DNA from: the human T2T-CHM13v2.0 reference genome, Homo sapiens
Direction: 5' to 3' (one strand)
Length of the DNA stretch: 64,000 bases
Assembly (NCBI RefSeq): GCF_009914755.1
Contig: NC_060929.1
Of the stretch, positions 60,420 through 64,000 are shown piece after piece (position 1 is the first letter of the stretch; the number at the start of each line of letters is the position of its first letter). The notes beneath the pieces were generated by a model. The model was not told the DNA's origin. It ran no database searches and was given only the letters and a program-made list of their open reading frames with translations. A program made the translations under genes and the position numbers.

Positions 60420-60699
60420 TTTCTTTTCTTTATTTTAAAAACTTTTATTTCAGGTTCAGGGGTGCATGTGAAGGTTTGTTACACAGGTCAACTTACTGGC
60501 ATGGGGGTCTGTAGTACAGATCCTCTCATCACCCCGGTCTCCAGCCTAGTACCTAACAGCTATCTTTTCTGCTCCTCTCCCTCCTCCCACCACCCACCCT
60601 CAAGTAGACCCAAGTGTCTGCTGTTTCCTTCTTTGTGTTCATGAGTTCTCATCATTTAGCTTCCATTTATAAATGAGAACATGTGGTACTTGGTTTTCT
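60420..60699 (-). mobile_element. Old L1PA 3' end
   Basis: acttttatttcaggttcaggggtgcatgtgaaggtttgttacac...gagaacatgtggtacttggttttct is the reverse L1PA13-16-type 3' UTR. Confidence 0.85.
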
Positions 60700-61026
60700 A
60701 GGGAACTACATTTCTTCTATACCTTTGTCATGTTGTAAATCTGTTTTATTATATTGTGTGTTACAGTTCTTAGAGCAAATTTCCTCTGAATGCCGTGTGA
60801 TGTGGTTTCTCGCCAAAAGGGAATGTTTAAAGTAAAGTTGCGTAAATCTAGTTTATCGTCATGCATATCAAAACACTGCCTAGCTCTGGTAACACTCATC
60901 TCACTTCTTTCTTTTCTTCCTCTAAAGCGTCATTTTGATCCCAGTGTTGCAAAAATTAATGTTCTAAATTCATATTCCCTATTGTGTTTTGTATATGCTG
61001 TAATTCATCTAGTTTTCAACACAATA

Positions 61027-61378
61027 CAGGTTGTGCATCCCTAATCTGATAATCCCAAATCCAAAATGCTCCAAAATAACAACTTTTTGAGTGCTGATAT
61101 GATGTGGAAAATTCCACACCTGATCTCACATGATGGGTCACAGTTAAAATGCAGTCAAAACTTTGTGTAATGCACGAAACTATTAAAAAATATTGTATAA
61201 ATCATCTTCATGCTATGTTCATAACTGTATATAAAACAAATGCATCCCTGGTTACTCCTGGGCCTCATTCTCAAGGGATTTCAATACATATATATGTAAA
61301 CATTCCAAAATCCAGAAAAATATAAAAATATGAAACACTCCTGGTTCCAAGTGTTTTGGATAAGGGATACTTACTCTG
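61027..61378. mobile_element. Tigger4b/MER46-like TcMar MITE
   Basis: TA + caggttgtgcatccctaatc...ccaaaatgctccaaaat and ...ggataagggatacttactctg terminal inverted repeats. Confidence 0.85.
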
Positions 61379-61469
61379 CCTGGCTTAATTGAGTGTAAAG
61401 TCTTTGTATAAAGAGACACAAGAGATCACAGATGGCAGGCCCTGTGGGATGACATCTGAAGTGCACTGA

Positions 61470-61680
61470 TTGCTAGGGCTGGAAGCCTGAGACTAGACAC
61501 TTAAATTTTTCCTGTGCTACTTGGTAGCTCTGTAACCTTAGAGCTAGTCCTTTTTGCCATCATGAGTCTCAGTTTCCTCGTGTACAAAGTGGCAAGAATA
61601 AGTGAGGAAGATATCTGTCCTACAAGTTTTATAACGTTTTTAATGAAGATCAATGCAGAAAGTGCTTAATAGATCTTTCT
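61470..61680 (+). mobile_element. MIR fragment
   Basis: agctctgtaaccttag...tgagtctcagtttcctcgtgtacaaagtgg is the MIR core. Confidence 0.6.
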
Positions 61681-62272
61681 GTTGATGTTCTCACTCTCAT
61701 ATTTCCCCCCACATTCAACCTAGTTCTATTGTCAAGATTTACACATCTTTTTGTAAAATCTAAATTGCTGTAGAAACATAGGGTAGTGTTATTCTATCCG
61801 GCAATGTGCCAGGCTGCTATGCAGGGCTTTGCTACTGGCGAGCTTTTCCTTTTATTCAGTTTGGTACACAGAGAGGTTCCACAATGTCAATGATTATTAT
61901 TTTTATTCATTTTAAAGACAGTTTCACTTGTGAAACATGTAACCAACACTCTGTGACTTCACTAGGATCACAATAACCTGAACTTTGTTTATGAATTTAA
62001 AAGTATCTTTCATGAGCAAATATAATTATTCTGGTGAAACTATGTGAGGACCAAAGTCACTGAAAAGTTTATGACTTACTGTAACTGTAAGAATAGAAAC
62101 ACAAATTTGGCACACCAGTGCACATTATCAGTTTTTAAAAGCTACATTTTAAAAATAAATGTATAATAACTGTGGGATCTGCACTGATTGGACAGGAAAT
62201 GTATAATGAAACATGACTTTGGAAAAATTACAGCATGCGCACCCATTGGGCAATATGACATGAATTACAAAT

Positions 62273-62481
62273 ATTACAAAGTGAATTCATTCTGTTGTTT
62301 TCTTTTTCAATGATTACTTATTCTGTCATCTGTTAATACTGATCATAAATTGTGTCACTTCCAGGAAAGTTTCTCTAATTACAAAGTGAATTCATTCTGT
62401 TGTTTTCTTTTCAATGATTACTTATTCTGTCTTCTGTTAATATTGATCATAAATTGTGTCACTTCCAGGAAAGGTTCCCTA
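62273..62481 (+). repeat. Tandem duplication, 2 x ~105 bp
   Basis: 62273-62377 versus 62378-62481; 4 substitutions and 1 indel by manual comparison. Confidence 0.95.
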
Positions 62482-63313
62482 ATAAATCCAGAGGAACAAA
62501 TAACACTCTCCCAATGAAAGCTTGTTTTACTCCACAGTGAGTCATCATGGACATGACCTTTCTTTTGCCATCGTATGAAAAGATGTGCAGATATTGGCTC
62601 TGCACTTCCACATCCAGCTAAATCCCTCCTCAGCTCTGAAGTCTGGCTACACAAATCTGTAACCATCTTCTTGTTTCAGGAACTCTTGTGGCATGGTTGT
62701 CTAAAGTACATAGTTGATCAAAAGCATATATTAACTTACCTTGCTTTGCATCTTTCTAAATATAAATTCTGACTACATCTAGGTGTGATTCTCTTACATC
62801 TGATACTTCTCTGCAACTTTTGTCTCAGCATAGTAACCACCTAATTGGGCCAACATACAAATCCTTGAGGAAATTAATGAAGAACTGACGGTTAAGAAAC
62901 CTTCCTGATAATTTAACTCTTGCTTCCCTGAACAGATTCACTCCTTTCACGACAGGGAAGGTGTTTTGATTCCTCTAATTTCTTCAGTTTAACACACTGA
63001 TAGACCAGAGGGACAGGAAGAAATTGTTTAATAAATCTCTCCATAGCTGTCCTCGCTCTCACATTTGCCCTCACACTCAACCTTATTCTACTATCAAGAG
63101 TCAAAAAGTGCCATCGGCACCTGGCTCCTCTACCTCCTTGTGATGGTCCCTGTCTTCAGTTGGAGCAATCAATTAGGAAAGCTCATATATTTCCCTTTTC
63201 AAGTAACTGATAAGATCTTATGAGGCCTGCCTTTCTCTACTCCTGTTAGCAAGTAATTAACTTTGGAATTACGAAACACCAAATCCCCAAAGGGCAACAA
63301 TAACAACCACAGA

Positions 63314-64000
63314 ATGCAGCCAAAAAACATATGAAAAAATGCTCATCATCACTGGCCATCAGAGAAATGCAAATCAAAACCACAATAAGATACCATCTCA
63401 CACCAGTTAGAATGGCGATCATTAAAAAGTCAGGAAACAACAGGTGCTGGAGAGGATGTGGAGAAATAGGAACACTTTTACACTGTTGGTGGGACTGTAA
63501 ACTAGTTCAACCACTGTGGAAGTCGGTGTGGCAATTCCTTAGGGATCTAGAACTAGAAATACCATTTGACCCAGCCATCCCATTACTGGGTATATGCCCA
63601 AAGGATTATAAATCATGCTGCTATAAAGACACATGCACACATATGTTTATTGCGGCACTATTCAGAACAGCAAAGACTTGGAACCAACCCAAATGTCCAA
63701 CAATGATAGACTGGATTAAGAAAATGTGGCACATATACACCATGGAATACTATGCAGCCATAAAAAATGATGAGTTCATATCCTTTGTAGGGACATGGAT
63801 GAAGCTGGAAACCATCATTCTCAGCAAACTATCACAAGGACAAAAAACCAAACACCACATGTTCTCACTCATAGGTGGGAATTGAACAATGAGAACACAT
63901 GGACACAGGAAGGGGAACATCACACTCAGGACTGTTGTGGGGTGGGGGGAGTGGGGAGGGATAGCATTAGGAGATATATCTAATGCTAAATGACAAGTTA
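63314..64000 (+). mobile_element. Relatively young 5'-truncated L1PA (about L1PA4-6): open ORF2 C-terminus and 3' UTR, running off the window
   Basis: ORF 63331-63885 ([17 protein letters not shown]...RCWRGCGE...HCWWDC...FSLIGGN*) is the L1 ORF2p cysteine-rich C-terminus, followed by the G-rich 3' UTR. Confidence 0.95.

Noticed and set aside
63331-63885. 184-aa ORF as a novel gene
   Set aside because: It is the C-terminus of L1 ORF2p in a 5'-truncated L1PA with no promoter.

Overview
Primate (very likely human) genomic DNA: AT-rich, CpG-poor and dominated by interspersed repeats. The only supportable protein-coding sequence is one 156-bp minus-strand internal exon (7720-7875) encoding [53 protein letters not shown] recognise this as part of the second discoidin (F5/8 type C) domain of EDIL3/Del-1, and from memory it is the penultimate exon. 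Everything else is EDIL3 intron. It contains Alus, a free Alu monomer, MIR/L2 relics, an MLT1 LTR, MER5/Tigger4/MADE1 DNA elements and many L1 pieces. The largest is a ~10.8-kb nested L1-in-L1-in-L2 composite (42235-52990). The other ORFs in the track are repeat-derived or chance. I found no convincing new biological system. The best second-look items are two local duplications of non-repeat DNA (one duplicating a STAT/ETS motif, one with a reciprocal CpG-decay signature), several transcription-factor motif clusters, a MADE1 (miR-548-type) hairpin, a possible L1 3' transduction and small template-switch scars. Repeat subfamily calls and boundaries are by eye and approximate.
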